A stretch of DNA of 64,000 nt from Octopus sinensis (Eukaryota), in the NCBI RefSeq assembly GCF_006345805.1, contig NC_043019.1, positions 14,941,360 through 15,005,359 of the forward strand. The letters run 5' to 3'. The notes under the pieces are model-generated. The model had not been told where the DNA came from. It did not search any database and was given only the letters and a program-made list of their open reading frames with translations. Both the position numbers and the translations under genes were made by a program. Positions 51,399 through 63,821 of the stretch are shown one piece after another. Numbering within the stretch: the first letter of the stretch is position 1; each line of letters begins with the position of its first letter.

Positions 51399-53734
51399 GA
51401 AATTCCGCCGAGGTCGACTTTGCCTTTCATCCTTTCAGGGGCGATAAATAAAGTACCAGTTTCACACTGGGGTTGATGTAATCGACTTAATCCCTTTGCC
51501 TGTCCTTGTTTGTTCCCTCTATGTTTAGCTCCTTGTGGGCAATAAAGAAATATATATATATATACAGCAGGCTTCTTTCAGTTTCTATCAACCAAATCCA
51601 CTCACAAGACTTTGGACAGCTCGTGGATGTAGACGAAAACACTTGCCCAAGGTGCCCCGCAGTGGGGCTGAACCCGGAACCATGATGATGAGAAGCAAAC
51701 TTCTTACCATGCAGCCGCACCCGCGACCTAAATATTTGTTGAGGAACTTCTCGCAAAACATCTGAGCAAGTTCATGGAAAGTGTTTTGTAAGTGAAGCAC
51801 AAAGGTTTATTGAGGAAAAGAGGAAACAGTCACTCCACTCACAAACAAAGCACATATTGAGTGCCCCGGCCCTTGTAGTGTTCAACTATACTGTGAAATG
51901 CTTATGATGCCTAGTAACAACTATTGAGAGAGAAACAGTTATCAGTGAGGGATGAGAATCACCAGATAGGTCTTAATATATTATACTTCTATGTTGCTTG
52001 CAGTGGCTGTGTGGTAAGTAGCTTGCTTACCAACCACATGGTTCCAGGTTCATTCCCACTGTGTGGCACCTTGGCCAAGTGTCTTCTAATATAGCCTCGG
52101 GCCGACCAAAGCCTTGTGAGTAGATTTGGTAGACGGAAACTGAAAGAAACCCGTCGTATATATGTATATATATATATGTATGTGTGTGTATATGTTTGTC
52201 TGTGTTTGTCCCCGCAACATCACTTGACAACCGATGGCGGTGTGTTTACGTCCTCATAACTTAGTGGTTTGGCCAAAGAGACCGATAGAATAAGTACTAG
52301 GCTTACAAAGAATAAGTCCTGGGGTCAATTTCTTCGACTAAAAGTCAGTGCTCCAGCATGGCCACAGTCAAATGACTGAAACAAGTAAAAGAGTTAACCC
52401 TTTTGATACCAACCTGGTTGAAACCACTTCTAACACTTGTACAAATGTCTTGTTTTCATAAGTTTTGAATTGAAATCTTCCACCAAACCTTAGTCACAAT
52501 TTATGTTCCTAACCCTAGCTGAATGATAACTAAGTCATTTTACTAAATTCTTTGTTAGATTCAAAATTAATTGAAAGAAACACAGAGCATCTCAACAGAA
52601 ACATGGTAACAAAGGGTTAACAGCTACTGAGAACAAAAACGTTATCAGTAAGGAACAAGAATCACCAGATAGGTCTTTATATAATATCTTATATTTCTAC
52701 GATGCTATGGTAACAGTTTATCTTGCAGGCTGTAGTCATGTGACAGCTTTGTTTACACAGTAACTTGTGAATCATGTCCTAGATAATAAAATGTGTGAAA
52801 GGAGGTGAGGCTTATAGTTATATAGTCCTGAGTTAACCCCGTTTGTAGAAGATCCTGTGACCAAAGGTCTCCGAAATGGGGCTATCTTTCTTTTGTTTGT
52901 AATTAAGAAGTTTGGTTTTTAACATGGTTTCGGGTTCAGTCCCACTGCACAGCACACCTTGGGCAAGCGACTGCTAAAACAACCCCTAAGAGAAGCCTTG
53001 TGAGCTGATTTGGATGGCAGAAACTGTGGGGAAGCCTGTCGTAGATGTGTGTGTGTGTGTGTGTGTAGGATATGCATGTGTTTGCATTTGTGTTTGTCCC
53101 CTTTCTCTGCAATTTGACAACCAGAGTTGGTTTGTTTACATCTCCATGACTAGGTTCAGCAAAAGAGACTGATATAATATGTAATACACTTCAAAGAAAA
53201 TAGTATTGGAGCTGTGTTGTAGTGCTTATATAATAAGCTTATTATATATATATATATATATATAATATATGTATATACATATATATATATAGACACATGC
53301 ATACATGTGTGTATATAAGTATATATATACTTACACACACACATACACATACACTATATGTCCATTCAGTTGGGAGTGGCGGGTTCTAGTCTTGTGAGAT
53401 ATTCAGTGACCTCACTGGTGCGGATGTCACAAAATAATGCAGCCAGTACAGTTTGTAAAGTGGTTGGCATTAGGAAGGGCATCCAGCCACAGAATCCATA
53501 CCAGAGGAAACAGCTGAGCTCGGTAGAGAGCTATGGCTCTTCAGATCTTGATATAACGTTCAACCCATCCCACTGGGGATTAATGGGCATTGAAAAATAA
53601 AATGTGCATGCATGCATGCACGTATGTATATATGTGTGTGTATATCTACATCTCTATATGCATATATGTATATATATATATTTATATATATATATATATA
53701 TATACATATATGTGTGTGTATGTATATATATATA

Positions 53735-53765
<31 letters not shown>

Positions 53766-56700
53766 CATATATATATACATACAAGTATGTGTATATATAT
53801 ATATATGGATGTGTGTGTATGTGTGTGGAAAGGAGTTTCCTTCCCTACCACATGGTTCCGGGTTCAGTGAAACACATTTTTTAAAGGATGATGTCCCAGA
53901 CGGCTAACGACCTCATATTTAGTTTAAAGTCTTTAGATCTAACGACTATTAACACCTGAGTCATTACTGATTATCTCTACGACACCCAATGCTGCTTGCT
54001 GTTTCTGGTTCCACCATGCTATCATCAGGAGGAAGAAGTGAGTCCTCAATGCCAGCAGACCATTCCTGAATGCCCATTTTCTGAATTCTTTGCTGCTTTT
54101 GAAATGTCTGTCATTTTTACAACAAAACCTTAATGGCTTCCCTCGTTGACCTGGCTCTGCATTGCAACTCTTTCCAGTCCCTTTGTTGAGATTACCAACT
54201 TCCAAACTGTCGTTCATGGGATTTACTCTTCTCACATAAAGTACTTCAATGGTTTGGTTGATCAGATACACTCGTGGCCGGGTGGTAAGAAGTTTGCTTC
54301 CCAACCACATGGTTCGGTGGTTCAGTCCCACGGCATAGCATGGTGGGTATCTTCCAGTAAAGCCTCAAGCCAACCAAATTGTTCCTAGTGGATTTAGAAG
54401 GTGGAAACTGCATATGTGCCAAGGTGGAGAGCTGGCAGAAATGTTAGCACGCCGGGCGAAATGCTTAGCAGTATTGCGTCTGCCGTTACATTCTGTGTTC
54501 AAATTCCGCCGAGGTTGACTTTGCCTTTCATCCTTACGGGGTCGATAAATTAAGTACCAGTTACATACTGGGGTCAATATAATTGACTTATTCCGTTTGT
54601 GTGTCCTTTTTTGTCCCTTCTGTGTTTAGCTCCTTGTGGGTAGTAAAGAAATAGTTATTTCGTCCGCCGTTACGTTCTGAGGTCAACTTTGCCTTTCATC
54701 CTTTCAGGGTCGATAAATTAAGTACCAGTTACGTACTGGGGTCAATATAATTGACTTATTCCGTTTGTCTGTCCTTTTTTGTCCCTTCTGTGTTTAGCCC
54801 CTTGTGGGTAGTAAAGAAATAGGAAACTGCATGTGTGTCTTAGTGTCTGTGTTTGTCCCCAGCCACTGCCTGACAACCGGTGTTGGTACATTTATGTCCC
54901 TGTACCTTAGCAGTTAAAAAAAAAAGGAACCTGTTAAAATAAGTACCAGGCTCAAAAAAAATAAGCAATAAATATTGGAGTTGATGCATTTAACCAAAAT
55001 TCCTCAAAGCAAAATTACCCCATTGCCCACACCCCAAGGATTGGCCTGCAAGGGTCCTGTGCCAGTGCTGCTTTAAAAACGCTCATGTTGGTGCCACGCT
55101 GAATCACTCGTGCCAGTGCCACTTTGGGAGCATGCAGCACACATGGTGAAGCTGTTGGCGTTAGGAAGAGCATCGAGCCATAGAAATCAAGCTGAATCAG
55201 AATGGAACCAGGTGCAGTTCTCCGGCTTGCCAGCGCTGGCCAAACTGACCAACCCATGCCAGCATGGAAAGCGGACGTTAAACAACAATGACGATGATCA
55301 TGATGATATATATATATATATACGTGTGCCAAATCTACTCACAAAGCTTTGGTCAGCTTGAGGCTATAGTAGAAGACACTTGCCCAAGGTGTCACACAGT
55401 GGGACTGAACCTGGAAACGTGTGGTTGGGAAGCAAGCTTCTTACCACACAGCCAGACAGATAGATGGATAGATAGATAGACAGACAGATAGAAATATAGA
55501 GAGATAAGTAGATAGATAGATAGAGATGAAAATATATATATGATGGGCTTCTTTCAGTTTTCATCTACCAAATCCACTTACAAAGCTTTGTTCGGCCTAG
55601 GCTAAAGCAGAAAACACTTGCCCAAGGTGCCGTGCAGTGGAACTGAACCTGGAACCATGTGGTTGGAAAGCAAACTTCTTACCACGCAGCCACGTCTGCA
55701 CCTACACTAAGTCGCACTTGCAATCTGCACAGGTGCAATTACCTACTTCCTCTAACACAATTAGCAACCGCATTATTCCAGACACCTGCATTGTTAATTA
55801 CACAGTGCATGACGAAGCTGTCGCTACTAATTACAAATACAATCTATCTAACGAGCTTCCAGGCAATTTGCTTCTGACAACTCGTTTTCATTTACAAAGC
55901 TCCGTTTGACCTGAGGTTATAGCACTTCGATAGACGGGATATAGATCCTTCCCGTGTCATAAACTCTTAGGGGCTTGTTTCCCGGTTTCCACAGTGGAGA
56001 TATTCACCCCCGGATAGGACGCCTACCCATCACAGGATTACTCACTTTTGGCTGTTGAATGATCAGGAGCAAGATGAAGTGGAGAGTTTTGCTCAAGGAA
56101 AATAACACATCACTAAGCAACGTGCCTCCACCTAGAAGACACTTACCCATAATGCACTGCAGGAAGACAATGAGAGGTGGGAGGGGCTTGTCATTGTACC
56201 AAACCCGCAACCCCTGCCATTCAACATCATCATCATCATCGTTTAACGTCTGTTTTTCGCGCTAGCACGGGTTGGACGGTTCGACCGGGGTCTGGGGAGC
56301 CAGGGGCTGCCCCAGGCTCCAGTCTGATCTGGCAGTGTTTCTACAGCTGGATGCCCTTCCTAACACCAACCACTCTGCGAGTGTAGTGGGTGCTTTTTAC
56401 GTGCCACCTGCACAGGTGCCAGAGGGGTCTGGCATCGGCCACGATCGGTTGGTGCTTTTTTATGTGCCACCGGCACAGAAGCCAGTCAAATATTTACACG
56501 GTACTCACCTTTAGTATAACTGGTCTGTAAGAGGCTTCGGTAGCAGAATAAGGCTGCGGGCCACCGTTCGCCTCGTCCACCACATTGTAGTCAAACTCAG
56601 CAAACGGCATTCCGGTCATGAATAAGTTGGTTGTGTAAGAGGCCTGCAGAAAATAAATTTAGATATATATATAAATATATAAATATATATATAAGCATAT

Positions 56701-58169
56701 GTGTATACATACATATACACACACTGACATAGACATATTCATGCACACATATACATTCAGATATACACACATTCACATACATACTTCTATGCACAAACAT
56801 ATATACATAATTGTCTAACTCACGCCAGCATAGAAAATGGACATTGATGATGTCACAGAAGTGTGACGGAAGAACTCTGGCTGAAATATGATTAATATAT
56901 ATACATACATACATATATAAATTATATATATATATATGTATATATATTTGATGATGATAAATTCTTTCTATCTACAACAGGTACAAGACCTGAAATTTTG
57001 CAGGGGGGGGGGCACTAGTCACTTACATCGACCCCAGTGCTCAACTGGTACTTATTTCATCAGCCCTGAAGAGACAAGTGGCACAGCCGACCTCAGCAGA
57101 ATTTGAACTCAGAATGTGAAAAACAGCCAAAACGCTTAATGGCATTTTGTCCAGCGTGTTAATGATTCCACCAGCTCACCACCCCAGGCGGTCATAATAA
57201 TAATAATAATGATCCTTTCTACTGGAAGCACAACAACTCAAATTTGGGGGAAGGGATTCATCGCCTCCCCCAAGATTGCTGCCCTAGTGGCAAAATTTGA
57301 AACCGTTATCATTATTATTATTCTTTCTTCTTTGCACCCTTTTGAAGCCTAGCCAGGCTCATGGGCCCAGTTTCCCAGTTTTTGTGGCGCATGTGTTCCC
57401 CACCAGCTGGACGGGAGGGCAGTCCATTGCGGTGTTACTCAAGAAACAGGAAGAGTGAGTGAGAGAAAGTTGGGGCGAAAGAGTACAACAGGGGTTGCCA
57501 CCAGCCCCTACTGGAGCCTCGTGGAGCTTTTAGGTGTTTCCGCTCAATAAACACACACAACGCCCAGTCTGGGAATCGAAACTGCGATCCTCCAACTGCG
57601 AGTCCACTGCCCTAACCACTGGGCCATTGCGCCTCCATTATTATTATTATTATTATTGATTTCTTGTTGTTGTTATTACTTATGATGTCTGTTTCCTCAT
57701 ACTCTTACTCTTTTACTCGTTTCAGTCATTTGACTGCGGCCATGCTGGAGCACCGCCTTTAATCGAGCAACTCGATCCCGGGACTTATTCTTTTGTAAGC
57801 CCAGTACTTATTCTATCAGTCCCTTTTGCCGAACCGCTAAGTAACGGGGACATAAACACACCAGCATCGGTTGTCAAGCAATGCTAGGGGGACAAACACA
57901 CAAACACACACACTCATATATATATATACATATATACGACGGGCTTCTTTCAGTTTCCGTCTACCAAATCCACTCACAGGGCTTTGGTTGGCCCGAGGCT
58001 ATAGTAGAAGACACTTGCCCAAGGTGCCATGCAGTGGGACTGAACCCGGAACCATGTGTTTGGTAAACAAGCTACTTACCACACAGCCACTCCTGCGCCT
58101 TCACATTTCTACATAAACCTCCCTTTCTCTATTATTATTGCAGAAATTTTTATTATTATTCTTAGTATC

Positions 58170-58201
<32 letters not shown>

Positions 58202-58661
58202 TATTACCATCATTTTGCTTCCCCCACACACACACCACCACAAGCACCACCCTCCACCCTTTCAGCTAGTTTGTCACCATAAACCAGGCCCTGCTAACAT
58301 TAGCTCGGCTGACAATTTCCTGCAGATACAAAAGATAGACCTTCGAACAGCCTAACGTCCTTGGCTGGTTGTTGTTTGAGCAGGGGGGAGATAGGTGAGC
58401 ATAATGCGTTTATAAAGCTGTCATATTTTCATTACTAAACCACTGAACACACAAAGGCTTGTTGACTATCTCCATGCAAGACATACAGTCTTCAATGGCA
58501 GGTAATGGTGTTTATTCATCCACTGTTTCATTCAGTCACTCAAAACCTAATATATGCACTAATACGTACACTGTATGTATGTATGTATATATATATGTAT
58601 GTATGTATGTATGAATGTGTATGTGTGTATATATATATATGTATGTATGTATGAATGTGTA

Positions 58662-58711
<50 letters not shown>

Positions 58712-58725
58712 TGTGTATGAGTATA

Positions 58726-58758
<33 letters not shown>

Positions 58759-58761
58759 GTA

Positions 58762-58800
<39 letters not shown>

Positions 58801-59128
58801 ATATATATGTATATATGAATGTGTATGTATATATATATATGAATGTGTATGTGTATAAGTGTGTGCATATATATATATATATGTGTGTGTGTGTGTATGT
58901 ATGTATATATATATATATGTATGAATGCATGTGTGTGTGTGTATATGTACATATATATATATATATATTATATATATATATATATATATACATATATTAC
59001 ACAGCTTCATACTACAGTTTGCTCAATGACACAGATCTTTCCAACCATCATTGCAAAGGGAAAATGAAAGTGAAAGTAATAACTATAAAAAAAAACAACA
59101 CCAAATTTTCCATCAACGCACATACATC

Positions 59129-59166
<38 letters not shown>

Positions 59167-62100
59167 TATATATATATATATATATTCAAATGTGTTTGTG
59201 TGTGTGTGCATGTGTGCATAATGCCTGTTCTTGTCTAGGTTCGTGAGTGCCTCAGATGAATGCCAGCCACATGGAATTTCATTATGTTTTAGATAAAATT
59301 TTTTAGAAAGATAATGATGTTCTTCATCAAAAGGTCCAGGAATTTCTGGTCTCTTCAGCCGAATTCTTGCATTCAAACAGACGAGAGGATAATTATCGGA
59401 GTCAAGTTTTAGAAAAATCTACAACAAAATAAATTGATACAGAGCCTAAAAATCCCAGAGCCCATGGTCATTACCTTCAAAACGTCTGCCCCTATGCAGA
59501 TACATAGTAGTTGTAATCCTTTCTACTATAGGCACAAGGCCAGGAATTCTGAGGGGAGAGGGACAATTGATCACATCAACCCCAGTATCTGACTGGTACT
59601 TAATTTATGAACCACAAAAGGATCAAAGGCAAAGTCGACCTCAGAACATAGCAACAGATGAAATACGGCTAAGCACTTCGCCCAGCTTCCTAACGTTTCT
59701 TATTTCTTTATTGCCCACAAGAGGCTAAACATAGAGGGGACAAACAAGGACACATATATTAATTTTATATTTTGGCACAAGGCCAGCAATTTCAGGGAAA
59801 AGCGTATAGAAAGGTAGGGGGGCATAAGAGGGGTATAAAAAGCATCAGATGTTGTGTGCAAGAGAGAAGAATGTGCTGGTATGGTCATGTGATGCGTATG
59901 GATGAGGACAGATGTGTAAAGGAGTGCTGAGCTTTAACTGTGGAGGGTACCTGTGGAAGGGGTAGAGCCAGGTAGATGTGGGACAAAGTGGTGAAAATGG
60001 ATCTTTGGAGACTGGGCCTCACTGAAGGGACAAGGGACTGGGAGATGTGATGATTTGCTGTATTTGGTATGTCAAGCTACATAAAATAATAATAATAAGT
60101 AATAAATAATAATAAAATGCCCTGATGCAGTACCAGGCAGTGGCTCTCATGGCTTTTGATCTTAACTGATTGGAAGTGTTATCATGTACATTGTTTTGTC
60201 TTGGTATAAAAGATGGGCTACAGCAAATATTCTGCTCAATACCACAGTATTGCTTTTCAGTTGCTTGACCTTAACCAGTTGAGCATGCCCCTTAGTGGCT
60301 GATGATATGTGCATCTATGATCACAAGCAGATGTAGTGGGGGGCGGGGCATCATAGCCATGTGTTGAGAAGGATTCTTTGGGGTTTGAATAATTCACCTC
60401 TGGAAACATGGGTGGTTCTTTCAACATCCTTAAACAACCCTTATTCAGGGACCTTTTGAGCGGGATGGGTTACTCGACCAGAAGAAAATTCTAACTGGTC
60501 ATGCGCTGTTTATCTTGATATGAGATCACCATGTCGCGCACATATGGTTGTGATGCATGTGCCTAGTGTACCCTTATCAGACGGGTAGTCATGATGGGTA
60601 TACTGGGCTTCGTATATTTTACCCCAGTATCACTTTGATAGCACACACTGCTCTGTCATTCAATAATAATAATAATAATAATAATTATAATAATAATAAT
60701 AATATTGGTTTCCAATTTTGGCACAAGGCCAGCAATTTGGGGGGATGGAGTAAGTCAGTTACATGTTAGACAGGTCCTTATTTTATGGCCCCTCCCTCCA
60801 AAAGGATGAAATACATATTCAACCTCCGCAGAATTTGATCTCAGAACGTAAAGACATGAAATGCCACCAAGCATTTTTACCTGGTGTACTAACGATTCTG
60901 CCAGTGCACCACCTTGGTTAACGAGGATATCATGAATAGAGGTGGGGCGTGGGCAGATTTTGATGATAGTAGCGATGTTAATGGTGGTGGTGGTGATGGT
61001 GATGGCAATGTTGATGTTGAATGTTGGTGGTGGCGGAGCTGCTGATTGTGGTGGTGGTGGTGGTGATGATGGTATTGTTCTTGATGATGGTGAGCAGGAT
61101 TATGGAGAGATAGTGGTGTTGATAGCGGCAATGCTGTTGCTGATAATGATGGTGTTATCGGTGATGGTGGCAGGGTCGATGACGGCATTGTTGCTGATGG
61201 TGGTGCGTATGGACATGACACAGATATTGATGAGGGCTTTTTTTTTCTTCTCTCATTATTGTGGATTAGCTCCTATCTGTTGTTATCAGCCGCTATGAAT
61301 GTGGTAACACACCTCTCTCTCTACTTCAGTCTCTCTCTCTTTCTCCCTCTCACACACACATGCCCACAACATAAGCACTAGCCAATGAGATAATCATCAA
61401 GGCGGTCAACCCAACTGCTAGAAACAGCAGCCTAACCTCCCCCCCCCAAATCATATATCGCATCACACCATCTTGTATTGAGAGAGGTGGGCATTGACAC
61501 TGTAGTCCTAGATAAACTATGACTGAACAGAAGACGTAGTGGTCACGTGTGGAAGGCTTAGATCATAGGTTCTGCTTCAGTACATCATTACCCTAATGAC
61601 TATATAGTCCAATAAATAAAATTAGATAGAAACACAAGAATACGATGATGTTAACGATGATGATGATGATGATAAAGGAGCGAAGAGGGGGGATGAAATT
61701 AGGCATATGCCATTGTTGTTGATGATGATGATGATGATGCTGATGATGGTGTATAGCCCTCAGTCATCCCTGCTCTAGTCGAATCCCACCCCCACTCCCC
61801 CGATTCTCATGCTGCTTAAAGTCTGTCCGTTTCAGTCGTGGCCATCCAGCCGGTCTTTTGTAAATTATCCAATATGCCAGCTGCCTACTACTACTACTAC
61901 TACTACTTACCTCCTCCTCCTCCTCCTCCTCTGAAATTGCTGGCCTTGATCCAAAAATTTGAAACCATTATTGTCATTATTATTATAATTATTATAATTA
62001 TTATTCCTCGTCCTGATTTCGAAATCCGCCGAGGTCGACTTTGCCCGTCATCCTTTCGAGGGGGTCGATAAATCAAGTACCAGTGAAACACCGGGGGCGA

Positions 62101-63821
62101 CATAATCGACCACGCCCTCAAACCAAATTGCAGGCCTCGTGCTTTTACTAGAAAAGATTATAAACATTAACCATTATGAATTATTGCTACTACTACTACT
62201 ACTACACCCCTCCCTCGAAATTGCTGGCCTTGTGCCAAAACTTGGAATCTTTATTTATTTAGGACTGAATGTAGTAAAATCAGTAGGTTTTGTGATTTGA
62301 GGGAGGTTCAGCTGCTATATCTAATACGTCACTTCGTTGCCATGTTGTCAGTACAAATGACAGTCGTTTGTTTACAGATCTCCCTTTTTTTGTCGTCGTG
62401 GTAATTGTGGGCCTTCTAAGGGACGTGGGTCAAGAACCCCTTCTCTCTATTCCACATTCTAATTTTTTTCAATTCCAGTTTAGGGGGAAAATAAATAATA
62501 ATAATAATAATAAAAATTGAATTAATAACGCCAAAGAATCTCGTAATATCGACAGACGTGTCTGACGATGTTATGTTACGCAACTCGATTCAAATCTTCG
62601 AAATACTTTGTAGAAATGATAAATCAACACCCGGTATATATCTTTCTAGAAATCTACCATTTTATCGATCACTACAACTGTTAACACCAACACTACTACG
62701 CTCGCCTTACGGAAAGAAAAAGAAATGGCAAAGCCAAGTTGGCCACGGCGTGATTTGAACTCGAAACGTAAGGGGACGTAACTACATGGCATCAGGCTAC
62801 AAGTCCGACGCTCTGTCGGTTCTGCCAATCCAATGATCCTTCCCAATCCATTGATGATGTAGAACACGAAAAATAAGTAGGAGTACACACACACACACGT
62901 ATATATGATGATGATGATAATAATAATAATGATGATTTCTTTATTAACCACAAGGGTTAACATTAAGGAAAACATTACGGGCAGTGCATGACAAAATAAA
63001 GAATGTGTAGTAATAATAATAATAATAATAATAAGAGGACAAACCTGTTCGATGTTGGGAATAGTCAGAATGGGGGTTCGTGCTCCGTGTCGGAAAATGA
63101 CAAGGGCCTTCTTGAGGACAAGTCCTGGAGGGGGGCATTGTTGCGACTTTTCAGCAGTACCATGGGTGATGCAGTTTTTGGTGGGGCCTTGTTTGGTAGT
63201 TTTAGAAACATCAGTCTCGCAACAGGTAGGTAACTTTCCAGCTAACTTTGATTTAGTCAACGGCTTTTGGTCCTCGCTGATTTGGCTGCTCGACTCCACT
63301 TTGAACCTACACAGCAAGCGGGAGATACAGGCAACGAGAGGGTTCTCCTTGCGTGGGACTAGGTCCTCTTCGGATAAGTCTGGCCCATAGCATAACTGTT
63401 CTGGTAAATTTGGTTCTGTGGAGGGTGAATCTAGTTCTGTGGGGAGTAAATTTGTTTCTGTGGAGGGTAAGTTTGGTTCTGTGGGAGCTAAGTTTGGTTT
63501 TGTGTCGGGTTTGCTTGGCTCTGTAGGGGATGGCTTTGGTACTGTGGAGGTTAACTTTGGTTCTGCGGAGGATAAAACTGGTTCCTTCTCTTGTTTATTT
63601 GAGGCCATCAGTGTGATACTAGTACTACCAAGCATCACTAACGACACACCAGTGAGCACTACACCACCTCGACTTCCACGGCCACCACCTCCACTGCTAC
63701 TACTACTACTACTACCACTACTACCACCACCACCGCCGCCACCTCCTCTACTACTACTACTACAATAGTCTCTACTGTAGACCACACTAAACCGCCACAA
63801 TCTTCTTCCTAAACGATTCAT
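35692..63821 (-). CDS. ACP6: Lysophosphatidic acid phosphatase type 6 (histidine acid phosphatase), spliced gene; 10 coding exons identified, terminal exon not resolved
   Basis: Exons 63821-63045, 56643-56509, 49891-49761, 45622-45534, 43736-43578, 42377-42307, 40258-40158, 39554-39465, 37124-36959 and 35827-35692 are joined by GT-AG introns with consistent phases (1855 nt, 618 codons plus 1 nt). The protein has the RHGARTP nucleophile motif and the SCHD proton-donor motif. [17 protein letters not shown] closely matches vertebrate ACP6 as I recall it (FDHKWPPFAVDLTMELY). Confidence 0.95.
36959..37124 (-). CDS. ACP6: ACP6 coding exon 9 ([55 protein letters not shown])
   Basis: Acceptor ctttctag, donor AAG|gtattg, 166 nt, phase 2-0; contains the catalytic HD. 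Confidence 0.96.
37283..37617. mobile_element. Second copy of the piggyBac-type MITE (opposite orientation), interrupted by a truncated SINE
   Basis: Reverse-complement similarity to 52398-52616; ends aaagggttaa; 91-bp insert at 37360-37450. Confidence 0.75.
39158..39340 (+). mobile_element. Penelope-like element terminal fragment (copy 3)
   Basis: Same sequence family; best-preserved motif at 39208-39249. Confidence 0.65.
39465..39554 (-). CDS. ACP6: ACP6 coding exon 8 ([29 protein letters not shown])
   Basis: Acceptor caacttcag, donor gtgagt, 90 nt, phase 2-2. Confidence 0.88.
40158..40258 (-). CDS. ACP6: ACP6 coding exon 7 ([33 protein letters not shown])
   Basis: Acceptor ctgcaacag, donor gtaagt, 101 nt, phase 0-2. 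Confidence 0.9.
42307..42377 (-). CDS. ACP6: ACP6 coding exon 6 ([24 protein letters not shown])
   Basis: Acceptor ttttggcag, donor AAG|gttcgt, 71 nt, phase 1-0; bridges exons 5 and 7 in frame. Confidence 0.88.
42650..42840. repeat. About 15-bp minisatellite (ttcagtgatgtcaca)n followed by a (GTA/GTG)n tract to 43135
   Basis: Degenerate tandem units visible directly. Confidence 0.8.
43578..43736 (-). CDS. ACP6: ACP6 coding exon 5 ([53 protein letters not shown])
   Basis: Acceptor cttgtttcag, donor G|gtaaga, 159 nt, phase 1-1; EVL.P...C motif. Confidence 0.9.
45180..45478 (+). mobile_element. Full-length tRNA-derived SINE (inverted partner at 48845-49130)
   Basis: Head ggcctagcggttagagcagcggactcg...ggttcgaatctcag, body and (aac)n tail. 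Confidence 0.88.
45534..45622 (-). CDS. ACP6: ACP6 coding exon 4 ([29 protein letters not shown])
   Basis: Acceptor ttttcttcag, donor G|gtaggt, 89 nt, phase 2-1; ST...RT..S....L.GLY motif. Confidence 0.93.
47810..48035 (-). mobile_element. CR1-type LINE 3' end
   Basis: [50 protein letters not shown]...SFKTSM matches the CR1 TRGH..K / F+..RV...WN.LP motifs. Confidence 0.88.
48125..48367. mobile_element. Mutator (MULE)-like non-autonomous foldback element with 9-bp TSD
   Basis: Perfect direct repeat CATTCTGAC at 48116-48124 and 48368-48376; TIRs of about 75 bp (first 30 nt differ at 2 positions). Confidence 0.85.
48845..49130 (-). mobile_element. Full-length tRNA-derived SINE, same family as 45180-45478 in the opposite orientation
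   Basis: The reverse complement aligns over about 290 nt with few mismatches. Confidence 0.88.
49761..49891 (-). CDS. ACP6: ACP6 coding exon 3 ([44 protein letters not shown])
   Basis: Acceptor tttgtttag, donor gtaagt, 131 nt, phase 0-2; carries the QLT..G....LG..LR..Y signature of histidine phosphatases. Confidence 0.94.
52398..52616. mobile_element. piggyBac-type MITE
   Basis: TTAA-CCCTTT...AAAGGG-TTAA termini. Confidence 0.82.
56509..56643 (-). CDS. ACP6: ACP6 coding exon 2 ([45 protein letters not shown])
   Basis: Acceptor ttttctgcag, donor AAG|gtgagt, 135 nt, phase 0-0; homologous to ACP6 FDY...GGPKPYS...LK. Confidence 0.93.
58560..59220. repeat. Compound (TA)n/(TG)n/(TATG)n microsatellite, representative of many such tracts in the window
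   Basis: Visible directly; similar tracts at 2040-2600, 7790-8100, 8620-8890, 15450-15860, 20640-20840, 29340-29530, 44250-44440 and 53600-53830. Confidence 0.98.
59840..60075 (+). mobile_element. RTE-clade LINE 3' coding remnant
   Basis: [46 protein letters not shown] matches the RTE WYGHV.R / GRGRP..TW motifs, with stops. Confidence 0.85.
60115..60660. mobile_element. Interspersed retroelement-like repeat remnant (family not assigned)
   Basis: Non-coding block bounded by (aat)n tracts, resembling a high-copy cephalopod repeat; recognised from memory only. Confidence 0.45.
63045..63821 (-). CDS. ACP6: ACP6 coding exon 1 (259 codons: presequence-like N-terminus, Gly/Ser tract, hydrophobic segment, 7-aa repeats, RHGARTP)
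   Basis: ATG at 63821; the open frame runs to ...[19 protein letters not shown], then a CAG|GTTTGT donor in phase 0. Confidence 0.9.

Noticed and set aside
53880-54260. 130-aa minus-strand ORF in ACP6 intron 2 as a missing ACP6 exon
   Set aside because: Exons 2 and 3 already join in frame and cover the homologous sequence; no phosphatase similarity; probably an old repeat relic.
3165-58095. tRNA genes suggested by the numerous A-box/B-box (GGTTCRA.TCC) motifs
   Set aside because: Each continues into a SINE body and lacks an intact acceptor stem and anticodon arm; these are SINE heads.
2167-59376. The many long ORFs rich in [16 protein letters not shown] or poly-I/V/T in the supplied track
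   Set aside because: They are translations of (TA)n, (CA)n, (GATA)n and (AAT)n microsatellites or of SINE bodies, with no codon-level protein character.
60889-61298. His/Pro-rich and Val/Met-rich ORFs
   Set aside because: (GAT/GGT)n low-complexity intronic tract.
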